The notes beneath the pieces were generated by a model. It was not told the origin of the DNA and searched no databases. It worked only from the letters and a program-made list of their open reading frames with translations. The position numbers were made by a program, and so were the translations under genes. From NCBI RefSeq assembly GCF_016433145.1, contig NC_058131.1:347099076-347163075 (forward strand): DNA of 64,000 nt, given 5' to 3'. Position 1 is the first letter of the stretch. Each line of letters begins with the position of its first letter. The DNA is from Gracilinanus agilis (lineage: Eukaryota). Positions 47,592-59,264 of this stretch are shown here, piece after piece.

Positions 47592-49318
47592 TGTAATGTT
47601 CCAGAACACCCAGGGGTGGGCTATTCTTGGAAAAGATAGGAATTTCTCTGGAATGGGAAGTGACAAATCCCTAGACCCTCAATAAATATACAACCTTTGA
47701 TCCACATTGGGCTTGTAAGCTTTAAATTAATATCCAATAACTCCAAGTATTGTATTTTATAAGATTTATTAATAATCACTTGAAGTAGGAAAAATACAAG
47801 AACAAAAGTAAAAGCCTGAGTAAAGACATGTGAAAAAAATTCTCCTGCCTGAGACTCACTCCACCTCCACAAACAGATATCAGGGGAACAGAGTGAGGGT
47901 GGAGCTACACAAAACTTATGTCTTCCCCATGTTAGTATGTGAGAAGGAACATGGGAAGCTGGGATTTAGAGTCCTGGGGAGCAAATCCTAATTACACAGA
48001 CTAATCCATCATCTCCAGGGCTACTCCATTAGTCCCAAGGCTATTCTATCCTGTGGCTACACTACTAGCCCCTGGGTTATTCTACTAGCCCCTAGGCCCA
48101 TGTTGGCTGTTATGGGGAATATAAACCCTTGCATTTATTGGTATTGGTATCACTAGTTGTTGGTGGTTATGGATTGGCTCTTGGGTTGGGGTTGATCCTG
48201 TTGACAGCTGGAGTAATGGCTGGACTTGGCCATTGAGGAAAATCATTTTAAGGCTGGCATATATAAAACCTATATATTTATCTATATAGATTAAGGAAAA
48301 GGAAAAGAAACAGACAGGTAGGAATAGTATTGCTTATTGGTATATTGATATATGTACCCTAAATCTAATATTTCTATCTATACACCCTGATCCCAAATCT
48401 GTCTTGCGAGAGACATTCTTCTTCCTTGATAAAATCCAGGCTAACTTAACTTCCTATCTATCTATACCCCTAATTCTATCTCACTAAACTAATCTAAATT
48501 AATTTTATAAGTAATTCCTTTTTTTATATATTTCTTCAAAGAATTGTTGTAATTTTTTCTATTTCTCCAGCCACAGAAATTCCACTACTAACAGGTTTAA
48601 AGATGTTCTCTTCAGCCACCTTCTGGCCCTGCTGCTCCCCTGAAATGTCACAGGGAACAACTAAGCCACTCACTCCAACTGATGATATGTTCTTCAAACC
48701 TCCTCCAAATATCAGTGTTTTCCCAAATCAATCTTCACAAAATTCCTCAAGGATGATCAGAGGAAAACTCAAAACAAACCAGCCTCTGAGTCTCTGTCCC
48801 AGAAGTGTGTCATTATTTCCAACTGCCTCCCCTAAGGCACTCTGGAAATTCTCTCCCTCTGACCTACTCTTCCATGGTATCTTAAAGTAATCTTAGAAAA
48901 TCTCAAATCACTTCATAAACCCTATATCTAGCTACAATCTATTCTTAATTAGGCTAATTAGTAAATAATTCATTACATGACGAACCTGTGGCACCCATAT
49001 TAGAGGGGGCTGCTCGCTCACCCTCTCCACTGTGCTTGAGGGTATTTCTCACATCACCTGATCCTCTGCCCAGCAGCCTAATGGGAACACTTCCTCTCTC
49101 CCCTGTCTGAGGTAAGCTGGGGTGCTCACATACAGTGTGAGGGTTGCAGTTTGGGCACTCAGTCTCTAAAAGGTTTTCCATTACTTTCCTAGGCCAGTTC
49201 ACTAATCTAGGCTATTATACTATCTTAAAAGCCTCTTCTTTAAATAAAAGTTTTTTATACTTCTGGATTGAACAGAGTTTTGAGCTTCCCTTTCCTGGGG
49301 CAAGACCCTACTACAAAC
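47592..49318 (-). mobile_element. Composite ERV/LTR-like region
   Basis: TGTAATG start and CTACTACA end with an LTR-like TTTATTAATAATCACTTGAAG motif; internal structure and TSD unresolved. Confidence 0.35.
48971..49186 (-). mobile_element. hAT/OposCharlie-type MITE, about 216 bp
   Basis: Decayed TIRs CATTACATGACGAACC and GGTTTTCCATTACTT; internal TTTTAGAGACTGAGTGCCCAAACTGCAACCC on -; no 8-bp TSD seen. Confidence 0.65.
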
Positions 49319-50629
49319 TTGGGTAGTTTTCCCACAAAACTGCCAAGGTCAGCAGCCCCACAGTGGTAGGCAAGCCCTGCTCAGCACTGAAGGGAGAAGG
49401 GTCTGAATTAAGTCACTTGGTAGCCTGTCATGGAGCACAAGCACTCCCTGATATGGTCTGGTGTGAATTTCCAGAGTGAGATCAGATTCTTCTATCCTAA
49501 GGCATTGAGGAAGCCCAGCTGGGTATGGGCAGATGCCAGGCATCTTTTAAGTTTAGTATGGAAAAACCTCATCTTCCCTTGGCATTTCCAAATGCTTTTA
49601 CATTTAAGTCGGTTCTTTTTTTTTTAAATCTTTTATTCTGACCTTCAGTACCTCCCAAAAATGAGCATTTCTAATATAAACAGCAGAATATAAAAAACAA
49701 TTGTGTATAAAACCATTTCATACTGTTTCTTTTTGTAAAGAAATTTATTTTGTAAAAAATAAATTGAACACATTAACTTTTAGAACTGTCTTGCTTTTCT
49801 ATGCTTCCTTCTAAACTTCTTTCTATTCTTTTCTATGTTTATTCTATTTAAATGTTTCAATGGGCCTCTTTTTTTTTTTTTTTTTTTTTTTTGGTATCAC
49901 TATTGCTAGCCCTCACCACTACTCAGGGGCTACTCCTAATTAAAAACATAGTGGAAAGAGGAAATTCTTGTAATAAGTAGCATAGTCAAGCAAAAATGAA
50001 TGGCCATGTCTAAAAATTTATGTCTCTTTTTGTACTTTGGGTCCATCACTTACCTGACAGGAACTGGGATACATATTTCACCATACTTTATCCCAAAGAC
50101 ATGGTCATTGTTTTAATCACAGTTCTTAAGCCTTTCACAGTTGTTTTTCTTTATTATATTGTCCTTGTACAAATTGTTTTATTGGTTTTGCTCACTTAAG
50201 TCTGAATCAGTTAGTTCACTTCCTAGGATTCTCTAAAATCTTTAATAATTTCTTACAATATAATTATATTCTGTTATATTCGTATGCTACAATTTGTTCA
50301 GCTATTCCTCAATTGATGGGCACTACCCAATGCTTTACTTTGCTTTTCATTTTGTTCTTTTTTAATTCCTCCTTCAGGATCAGGTAGTTTGGTTTAAGAT
50401 TTCTTGAAATACAGTGTGTAGGCTCTTTTTGTGGTCATGACTTTCAGGGAGTACAATGATAATTAAAATCTCTCTCCTAGATCTATTTTTTAAAATAACC
50501 TTACCTTTTGTCATAGAATCAATACTAAGTATAGGTTCCAAGGCAGAAGAGGAGTCAGGGCTAAGCATTCAGGGTTATATGACTTGCTCACTTGGGGTCA
50601 CACTGCTAGAGGTGCCTGAGACCAGATTT

Positions 50630-51350
50630 TTTTTTAAATTTTATTTTTATTATCATGCAAAACACATGGAAATATTGGTCATAGTTGTAAAAGCAAATTC
50701 ATACATAACCAAAACCCCAAAATAAAACCATAAATACAATGATGTGAAAGATGACTCCAACAGTTCTTTCTCTGGAGAAGGATGGCATTGCCCAACTTTC
50801 AGGATTGTCCCAGATCATTGCATTGTTGAGAATAGCCAAGTTTTCACAGATGGTCATCATACAATATTGCTGTTATTGTGTACGATGAGAATTCTCTCAG
50901 TTCTGCTTATTTCACTCTGCACCAGTTCCTGCAGATCTTTCTAGCTTTTACTGAAGTCATCTTGCTTATTTCTTATAGCACAATAGTATTCCGTCACCAA
51001 CATGTACCATAATTTGTTCAGCCATTCCCCAGTTGGTGAACATCCTCTCAATTTTCCAATTCTTTACCACTACAAAAAAAGCTGCTATAAATATTTTTTG
51101 TACAGTAGGTCCTTTCCTTTTTTGTATTATCCCTTTGGAATATAGACCTAGTAGTGTTATTACCAGATCAAAGAATATGTACAGTTTTATAGCCCTTTGT
51201 ACATAGTTCCAAATTGCCCTCTAGAATGGTTGGATCAGTTCACAACTCAACCAACAATGCATTAGTGTCCCAATTTTGCCACATTCCCTCCAACATCTAA
51301 CATTTTCCTTTACTGCCATATTGGCCAATCTGATAGATGTGAGGAGGTAT
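50630..51350 (-). mobile_element. L1 3' fragment nested in a SINE (host about 50490-51420)
   Basis: TSD TGAG(A/G)CCAGATTT at 50617-50629 and 51351-51363; host SINE resumes colinearly. Confidence 0.8.
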
Positions 51351-51569
51351 TGAGGCCAGATTTGAACCCAAGTCCTCCCCATCTCTGGGCCTGGCTCTCA
51401 AACCACTGAACCATCTAGATTTATTTTCAAGGTCAGTTTTCACTCTTTTGGTTTTGTTGAAATTAGTTAGTTTTTTTGTTTTATTTTGCTTTTTCCTAAT
51501 TTTCAGGGATTTTATTTTTTACCGTGGTTAAGGTTTTGTACCTCTTCTAACTGGTAATCTTTTTTCCAG

Positions 51570-52090
51570 ATCTTTTCTTTGATAGCTTTTATTTCCTTTT
51601 CCATTGGCTCCCTCTTGCTTCCAAGATTAAATACAAAAGTCTTTACTTGGCATTCAAAGTCCTTCATAACCTAACCCTTTCCTGTCTTTCCAATCTTATA
51701 CCCTACTCTCTGCTACATGTTCTTCAATCTATTGACATTGGTCTCCTGGCCATTCCACAAACAAGACACTATCTTTCAGCTCCAGACATTTTCTCTGACT
51801 ATCTTCCATGCCTAGATTCATCCTTCCTCATCCTCACCTACTGCTCTCGATGGCTTTTTTATAAAGTCCCATCTAAAATCCCCATCTTCTACAGGAAACC
51901 TTTCCCTCTTAATTTTAGCACATTCCTTCTATTAATTATTTCCTATATATCAACTGTATATGCCTTGTTTGTATATATTTGCTTGTTTGTTGTCTCCTTC
52001 ATTAGATTGTGAGCCTCTTGAGGTCAGGAATGTCTTTTGCCTCCTTTTATATTCCCTGCTCATAGCACAGTGTACATGGTAGGCACTTAA
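51570..52090 (+). mobile_element. L2 3' region, followed by (TA)n(TG)n at about 52091-52140
   Basis: AGATTGTGAGCCTCTTGAGG...AGCACAGTG...GGCACTTAATA L2 terminus. Confidence 0.7.
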
Positions 52091-52093
52091 TAC

Positions 52094-52142
<49 letters not shown>

Positions 52143-53449
52143 GTATTTTTCCATGGTTACATGATTTGCATTCTTTCCCTCCCCTCCTCCCCCTCCCCCA
52201 TAGCCAATGAGCAGTTCAACTGGGTTTTACATATATCATTGACCAAGATCTATTTCCATATTATTAATATTTGCAATAGAGTGATCATTTAGAGTCTATG
52301 TCCCTTATCATATCCCCATCGACTCATGTGATTCAGGCACTTAATATATATTAATTAATCAGTTGATTTTATAAATCTCTTGCTTCTTTTCTTCTAGACA
52401 TTCATGCGGTCCCTGTGGAAAATAGTTTTTTCCCTTTGATCTACTTGCAGTTGTTAGAGAGTTGCTCTTTTCTTACAGATTGAATTTTGGGGTATCATGG
52501 ATCTGTTATTGTTGTTTAGTCAATTAGCCATGTCTAACTCATCTAACTTGGCAAAGATACTAGAGAGGTTTGTTATTTCCTTCTATAGTTAATTTTAAAA
52601 ATGAAGAAATTGAAGCAAACAGGAATCACTAACTTGCTCAGAGTCTCATAGCCAGTAGTGTCTGAGATCAGATTTGGTCAGGAAGCCTCCTGACTTCAGG
52701 ACTGGCATCCTATCCACTGCACCTTGGAACTACAAAAATTCTTAATCATGGTTAGTATCATCTTTGGTTTACTTATTTCTTTAGTCTCAGTTCCTGAATT
52801 AGGGCTTTGTGCCAGGGCTGGATTCTGCCCTCTTCTGTACTTCTGGATGGGATGGTCAGCCCTCCTTAATCTTGCCTTAGATACCTATACTGATCTCCAC
52901 TTCCCAGAACAAGACCTCTAGATTTTTGGGTTTAGAGTCCTGGATTTTTAGATCTCTTTATGGTGTCTTAGGACAGAATATTCAGAACCTCAGCACCCCT
53001 GAGCTTATGGTGCTCTGAATCTGAGCACTTCTGGAACCATTCTGGTCATCATTTCGAGTCATTTTGAGGGTCTGAGCTACAGATTTCAGATCACTTTGGG
53101 GCTTTCTCAGGGGAGCCTTCATTCCTACTTTCTCAGGATACAGAGTCTTGCAGGCTATATGTGTATCTTTTTAGGCTAAGTGGCTACCACCTTGTCTGCC
53201 TGGGCTGGGCTGGTGCTGACTTTGCTGGTATCCTCCTTTCCTATTTTCTTCAGGTGTATAGCCAACTTTTTACATAGTCCTAGAGTGGAAGAAGTCACTT
53301 ACTCTTTTTTTCTCATTGAATTTATTGATCATTATTCAACTTTGTATAATTTTTAGATTTTTTTACTGGAGTATGCATGTAGAAGCTAGGCTGCTCACCT
53401 CTTTTCAGGTTAAGATGTCTTGGCTGGCAGACCAGTTCTTCATGAAGCC

Positions 53450-53658
53450 GCTTTTTTTAGTTTTTTTTTTATTTTTTTATTTTAAACCCTTAACTTCTGT
53501 GTATTGACTTATAGGTGGAAGATTGGTAAGGGTAGGCAATGGGGGTCAAGTGACTTGCCCAGGGTCACACGGCTGGGAAGTGTCTGAGGCCGGATTTGAA
53601 CCTAGGACCTCCTGTCTCTAGGCCTGGCTCTCAATCCACTGAGCTACCCAGCTGCCCC
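53450..53658 (-). mobile_element. Young SINE1_Mdo-like element
   Basis: TSD TCATGAAGCC at 53440-53449 and 53659-53668. Confidence 0.9.
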
Positions 53659-54036
53659 TCATGAAGCCCTTTTATAAACATCATTTGACTTTAAGCACAG
53701 ACATAATATGGAGTCATTGATCTTAGCTTTCCTTCATATTCTAAGACTCTAAAAATTTAAAAACAAAATGGTATGTGTTCAAGGGGTGATTTCCATAAGA
53801 AAATGAGGTAACCATTGGCTAAGTGGATTTTTTTTCCTATTCTTTCTCACTTTTGTTCAAGAACATTAACAGCCAAGGAAGCTGAGGCTTTGATTAGCAG
53901 AATGTTGGTGAAGAACTACTGGCCTGAAGACTGGTGTGTGCTTTTTCCAGATTTTCTGTGAGATCCAAAGTGCAAGGGTCATACTGCCATGGGGTATGTG
54001 AACAACCCACCATGTATTCTATTGCTGTCTCTTTAG

Positions 54037-54171
54037 GACGGATATGCAGTTCCCGAAAAGTGTATTTTCATACGGATGCAGCCCAGGCAGTTGGAAAAAT
54101 CCCACTCAATGTGAATGACATGAAAATTGATCTCATGAGCATCAGTGGCCATAAGCTTTATGGCCCAAAAG
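54037..54171 (+). CDS. NFS1: NFS1 exon 7 with PLP-binding SGHK motif
   Basis: [20 protein letters not shown]...[12 protein letters not shown]; Lys codon 54153-54155; 135 nt. Confidence 0.97.
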
Positions 54172-54615
54172 GTATGGAAAATCTTGAAGTGCCTTATTAT
54201 GTTAACCTTACAGTGGGAGTGCTGCTTAAAACATGGCTGATGTAAAGACTCTTCTTGCTAGACTCATTTAATTCCTCCTTTGACCTTAAGAACTTTGCTC
54301 TCTATTCAGGACCAAGGCTTGTATAATGAGGAGGTCCAAAAGATTTTGATCTGTCAATCAGGGAACCATGAGGTGGGTAAGATAGGTCCAGGCCAGTCCA
54401 ACTCTTGGCCCAGTAAATCTGGTCCCTATTAATAGAAATGTTGAAGCAGATTAGTTAGTATTGAGCAATGAGAAATTACTATATTTTTTAAAAATTTAAA
54501 TAAAATTTTAAAAGGAAGTACTAGATTTAGAGATAGAGGATGTGGTTTCAAATCCAGCTTTTATCCCCTATTACTTTTGTGATACTATACAGGACATTTA
54601 TCCTACCTGGTTGAG

Positions 54616-55021
54616 AGGAGCTAAATGACTTAGTGGATAGAGATCCAAGCCTGGTGATGGGAGGTCCTGGGTTCACATTGGACACTTCTTAGCTATGTGA
54701 CTCTGACAAGGCACTTTACCGTCATTGCCTAGCCTTTACTGCTCTTCTGCCTTGGAAATGATACTGTAATATCCATGTTTCTGAGAGGGGTTCAAGCTGC
54801 ATGACAGAATTCTATGGTGCACCCCAGAACTCTAAGGGAGGAGGCACCATAGAATTCTGTGATGCAGCTTGAACCCCTCTCAGAAACATGGATATTACAA
54901 TACCTAGCATTGATTCTAAGACAGAAGGTAAGAGCTTAAAAACAAACAAACAAAAATAAACAAACAAATAAATGAGTGAATGAATGAATGAACAAATAAA
55001 TAAATAAATAAATAAAATAAA
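54616..55021 (+). mobile_element. SINE with microsatellite tail, interrupted by a palindromic insertion
   Basis: SINE text CTTCTGCCTTGGAAATGATAC resumes as ATACCTAGCATTGATTCTAAGACAGAAGG after 54899. Confidence 0.8.
54765..54899. mobile_element. 135-bp MITE-like palindrome, TGT...ACA ends, 4-bp TSD ATAC
   Basis: 56-bp arms at 54765-54820 and 54844-54899 with one mismatch; 23-nt spacer; ATAC at 54761-54764 and 54900-54903. Confidence 0.85.
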
Positions 55022-56172
55022 GAAGTTGAATTAGGTGACCTTTAAGGCCCTTTGAGTTATAATTGATGGTTCTATATTATCCTATGATCTGATCACAGAT
55101 GGTATAGCCAGTTTTGCCAGAGAGATCTTGCTGCCTGTCTGAATCATCTTTGTCAAAAATGAATTGTTTAAGAGAGAGTATTAAGCATTTAATAATCATT
55201 AAGGGCCTCATATTATACCAGATAGAAGATTAGTCTCAGAGCCAGAATGACCTGGGTTCAAAGTCCTACTTCTGACACATGATGACTGTGTGACTGAAAA
55301 AATCACTTAACTCCCTCTACACCCTTCCAGTGTTCATGGCAACTTTTGAAGAATATAATTTACAGAACAGTTGTTAACTGATGTTGATGAGAGAGTTTTC
55401 TCTCTTATTCTCCTAATAAATGAAACCACAGTTCTAGACCCCCCCCCCCAAATGTTTATGTCTGTGTATGTCTGTGTATGTACATATGCACATGTATACA
55501 TATGTATTCACACACATGTGAAATATACTGTGAGTGATACTGAGTAAAAGATAAAGGGGCCATGTAACACTATTCTGGGATGAACATAGAATGGGCTTAA
55601 TGTTTGTTCCTAGAAGAAATACTCTCTGTGACTGTATGATGGTAGTATGTCAACCGTTAGCTGTTCTGCCTTTCCCTTCTTACTCTCAGATGGGACTCAA
55701 CCTACCTAGGATGCCCCTAGTTTCTTCTCCAAAGGTACCCAAAAGTCACTGTGTTTACAATAGGGCATTTTGTGCTATTGTATTGTATGGCGATCTCAAT
55801 ACCATTGATGACCCAGACCTACCTGTAGAATATAGAAAATGAACTGTGGCTGACTTCCCACTCCACAATGGTTTACCTCTCGATTTAGTCTCATGTCCCA
55901 GAGTGCTAATCATGTACAAAAAGCACACTCTCTACTGTGTCCTTGGGATAGAAAAAGCAAAGATTAAAGGTGCTCCCTGCCTCAGGGAGCCAATAGTCCA
56001 ATTGACAGCATAGAATATGTATTGAAACAGTGGGCAAAAGGCAAGAAGTAGAGTGTTATGGTCAGAATAGACTCTGAATAATGAAACGATCAGAGTAGGG
56101 TTCTTTTCATCATTTTTGAGGTCATCATTTGTTCTTATCCAATTTCTCTCTTTCCTTTTTTTTTTTAATCAG

Positions 56173-56330
56173 GAGTTGGTGCGATCTATATTCGACGTCG
56201 GCCCCGAGTGCGTGTAGAGGCCTTGCAGAGTGGTGGAGGCCAAGAGCGGGGCATGCGCTCTGGGACAGTGCCCACACCCTTAGTGGTTGGGCTGGGGGCT
56301 GCCTGTGAAGTGGCACAAGAAGAGATGGAA
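56173..56330 (+). CDS. NFS1: NFS1 exon 8 ([31 protein letters not shown]...EEME)
   Basis: 158 nt. Confidence 0.97.
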
Positions 56331-56926
56331 GTATGGGAGAGCAACTCATTCCTTTCACTTCCACTTTCATTCTGTGGCTTCCTATCTGAAAGTTTCTCTG
56401 ATTGCCTGTGTCGGTCACCTTTAGTAAGAGCGTGGATAAATGTGAATGAAACATGAGAGGGTTTCAGTCAGTCCCATCTCTAACACCCTCACCCCTAGGA
56501 CCTTCCTGCTGGACTTTTGTTCTGAGTCAGGATTTTCCTTGGGCTCTTGGAGCTCATTCTTTGGAAGGAGAAATGGATTGTCAGGCTAGCTTTTGTCACT
56601 GAATAGCTTAGGTAACTTTGGACAACTCATTGAACTTTTCTGGGCTTCAAAAGGAATGGGGATGAGACTATCTAATCTGATCTCTAAGGCCTCTTCTAGC
56701 TTTGGCATTTTGTAATTCTGAAATATCATGTTCTTCACTTTGGAGCTTTTTGACCTATTTTTCAAACATCTGGGACTGGGCAGGAGCCTGGTATTTTTGA
56801 GTGCTGTATTTAAATCAGGATGATACTGTTCTCCACTAACATTTTTTTCTTGTCTTGTATAAATCCTTAAGTTGTAAGACCTGACAACTTATGTCCCAAT
56901 CACATTCTCCTGTGCTTATTTCTCAG

Positions 56927-57032
56927 AATGACCATAAAAGAATCTCTATGTTAGCAGAAAGGTTGGTAGAAAAGATAATGAGCAACCTTCCTGATGTGGT
57001 GATGAACGGGGATCCACAGCAACACTATCCAG
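56927..57032 (+). CDS. NFS1: NFS1 exon 9 (NDHKRISMLAERLVEKIMSNLPDVVMNGDPQQHYP)
   Basis: 106 nt. Confidence 0.96.
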
Positions 57033-57123
57033 GTCTGTCTCCCTCCCTTTGCAGTCTAGTCCCTCTTCTTTCTCTAGCCTAGGGAAGAGTAAGAGAATAC
57101 TCATGGGAGATCCTTTCCCTCAG

Positions 57124-57205
57124 GCTGCATCAACTTGTCCTTTGCCTATGTAGAAGGGGAGAGTCTGCTGATGGCACTCAAGGATGTTGCTTTGTCTTCA
57201 GGCAG
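57124..57205 (+). CDS. NFS1: NFS1 exon 10 ([26 protein letters not shown])
   Basis: 82 nt. Confidence 0.97.
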
Positions 57206-57210
57206 GTGAG

Positions 57211-57452
57211 TAGGGTTGTCATTCAGTCCTATCTGATTCTTTGTGACCCCATGGACCATAGCTATCCATGGAGTTTTCTTGGCAAGAATACCAAAATAAT
57301 TTGCCATTTTCTTCTCCAGCATATCCTTTTGACAGGCAACCAGAGGTTAAATGACTTGCCCAGGATCATGCATCTAGGAATCATGGATTTGAATTCAGGT
57401 CTTCCTGACTCCAGGTCCAGTACTCTTAACTACTGAGCCACAGCTGCCCCAA
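57211..57452 (-). mobile_element. MAR1-type CORE SINE with RTE/BovB-like tail
   Basis: GAGTTTTCTTGGCAAGAATAC...TTTGCCATTT..TTCTCCAG followed by CORE sequence. Confidence 0.7.
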
Positions 57453-58344
57453 GGGACATACAGTAAAATCCTTAATTAGATGTGTAACTAAGTACTATTA
57501 GCATTAATTGGACCTTCTAGCAAATGGAGGACATATAGGAAAGTGCTTTGCTAAAAGTACAAAGTAGTGCTACAGATGCTGTTTAATTGCAATACACTTG
57601 GAAGACATGAAGAGTGCTATATAAAACATCTACCAGGTATCATGTTAGCCAGAGTGGACTTAACAGGACTTATGCCAACCAGGGCAATGCCAGGGTTCTC
57701 AGACAACCAGAAGTTAAGTTTAAAGGAATGGATCTAGGCTTCCCTGAAATATCAGTTCTAGGAGAGGCATATCTAGGTTTGAAGAAGGTTGCTCTTCTGT
57801 AGCAGCTTTCCTAATAACCCATAAGGTATCATCATGCTTTAGCAGTTTCATCATTTGAGATCTTGCTTGGACTAAGAGATTGAGTATTTCACCAAAAGAC
57901 CAGAAGTTAGCTTGGAGCTTTTGGCATCTATAGACCAAAAATGACAGTTTTGTTGAGGCTATAGGATTGATTGGGGAAGCAGAGCACTTCTCAGATGGGC
58001 TGTGGTGGTGATGCAAGCTGGTCAAGGTTGCTCATTCATCAGTAGTTAATAAACATTTATTAAGCATCTACTTGGTGCCAGAAGCTGTGGAAAGTGCTAG
58101 GAGGTGGCATGGTGGAAAAGTCAAAGAAATCTAGACTGCATCCCATTGGTGGGGAATGAGGAAGCATGTAACGAGATATTTCTCTGGTTTCCCCTTCTTA
58201 AGTGGAAGGTGAAGAGTTCATGGTTGTATCATCCTCAGTCAGCAGAGAGGACTAAGGAGGAGGGAACATCAAGGCTGCATCTTCTGAGATGATAGAGTTT
58301 ACCAAGGGCATGGTGAAGTAGTTAAATCAAAAATGGGTACAATG

Positions 58345-58535
58345 GGCAGCTTGGTAGCTCAGTGGATTGAGAGCCAGACCTAGAGACAAGAGGTCCTGCC
58401 TTCAAATCTGTCCTTAGACCCTTTCTAGCTGTGTAACCATGAGCAAATCACTTAATCCCCATTGCCTAGGCCTTACTGTTCTATTGCCTTAGAATACACT
58501 ATTGATTCTAGGATGGGAGGTAAGGGCCTTTAATT
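58345..58535 (+). mobile_element. SINE
   Basis: GGGCAGCTTGGTAGCTCAGTGGATTGAG start through GGTAAGGG. Confidence 0.8.
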
Positions 58536-58632
58536 GAAAAAGGAAAGAAAAGAAAACGGTTGGAAAAATAGCTGGTTGGAAATAAAGAGCTGTCTGAGGA
58601 ATTTGGCTTATACCTGTGTTTTGTCTTCCCAG

Positions 58633-58716
58633 TGCCTGTACCTCTGCATCCCTGGAGCCATCCTATGTACTTAGAGCCATTGGCACAGATGAAGACCTGG
58701 CCCACTCTTCTATCAG
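58633..58716 (+). CDS. NFS1: NFS1 exon 11 with catalytic Cys ([27 protein letters not shown])
   Basis: 84 nt; SSGSAC cysteine codon TGT at 58637-58639. Confidence 0.97.
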
Positions 58717-58737
58717 GTCAATAGGATAGGGCTGAGG

Positions 58738-59099
58738 CTCTCCCTCCCTTCCCCTTCTTCTCCCTCTCTATCCTTTCTTCCATCTCTTCTTCCTTCCCTC
58801 CCTGTCTCTTTTCCCCTTCCCCTCTCCCGGTTCCCTCTGTCTCCTTCCCTCCTCCTCCCTCTTTTCCCTCCTCCCTTCTTTCTCTTTGTCTCTCTTTCCC
58901 TTCTTCCTATTCTCTCGTTCTCACTCTTTCTTCTTTCTCCTTTTTTTCTCTCTCTGCTCTTCCTCCTCTTCCCCTCTTTCTCTTCTCTCCTCCCTCTCCC
59001 TGTTCCCTATCTCCCTCTCTTCTTCCTCCTTCTTTTTCTTTCTCTTCCTCCTTTTCCTCTCTCTTTCTTTCTGTCTTTTTTCCCTCTTTTTTTTCACTC
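58738..59099 (+). repeat. Low-complexity C/T tract of about 360 nt
   Basis: Seen directly; almost purine-free. Confidence 0.95.
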
Positions 59100-59174
59100 A
59101 TTTAAAATATTTCCTAAATGAATGAGCCCTTCAGTGTCCACCCTAGCCTCATGGCCTACTGCAATGCATTTCAG

Positions 59175-59264
59175 GTTTGGCATTGGTCGTTTTACCACAG
59201 AGGAGGAGGTAGACTACACAGCTGAAAAGTGCATCCACCATGTTAAAAGGCTACGGGAAATGAG
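59175..59264 (+). CDS. NFS1: NFS1 exon 12 (FGIGRFTTEEEVDYTAEKCIHHVKRLREM)
   Basis: 90 nt. Confidence 0.97.

Noticed and set aside
58886-59125. F/S/L-rich and E/R/K-rich ORFs
   Set aside because: Translations of the C/T low-complexity tract.
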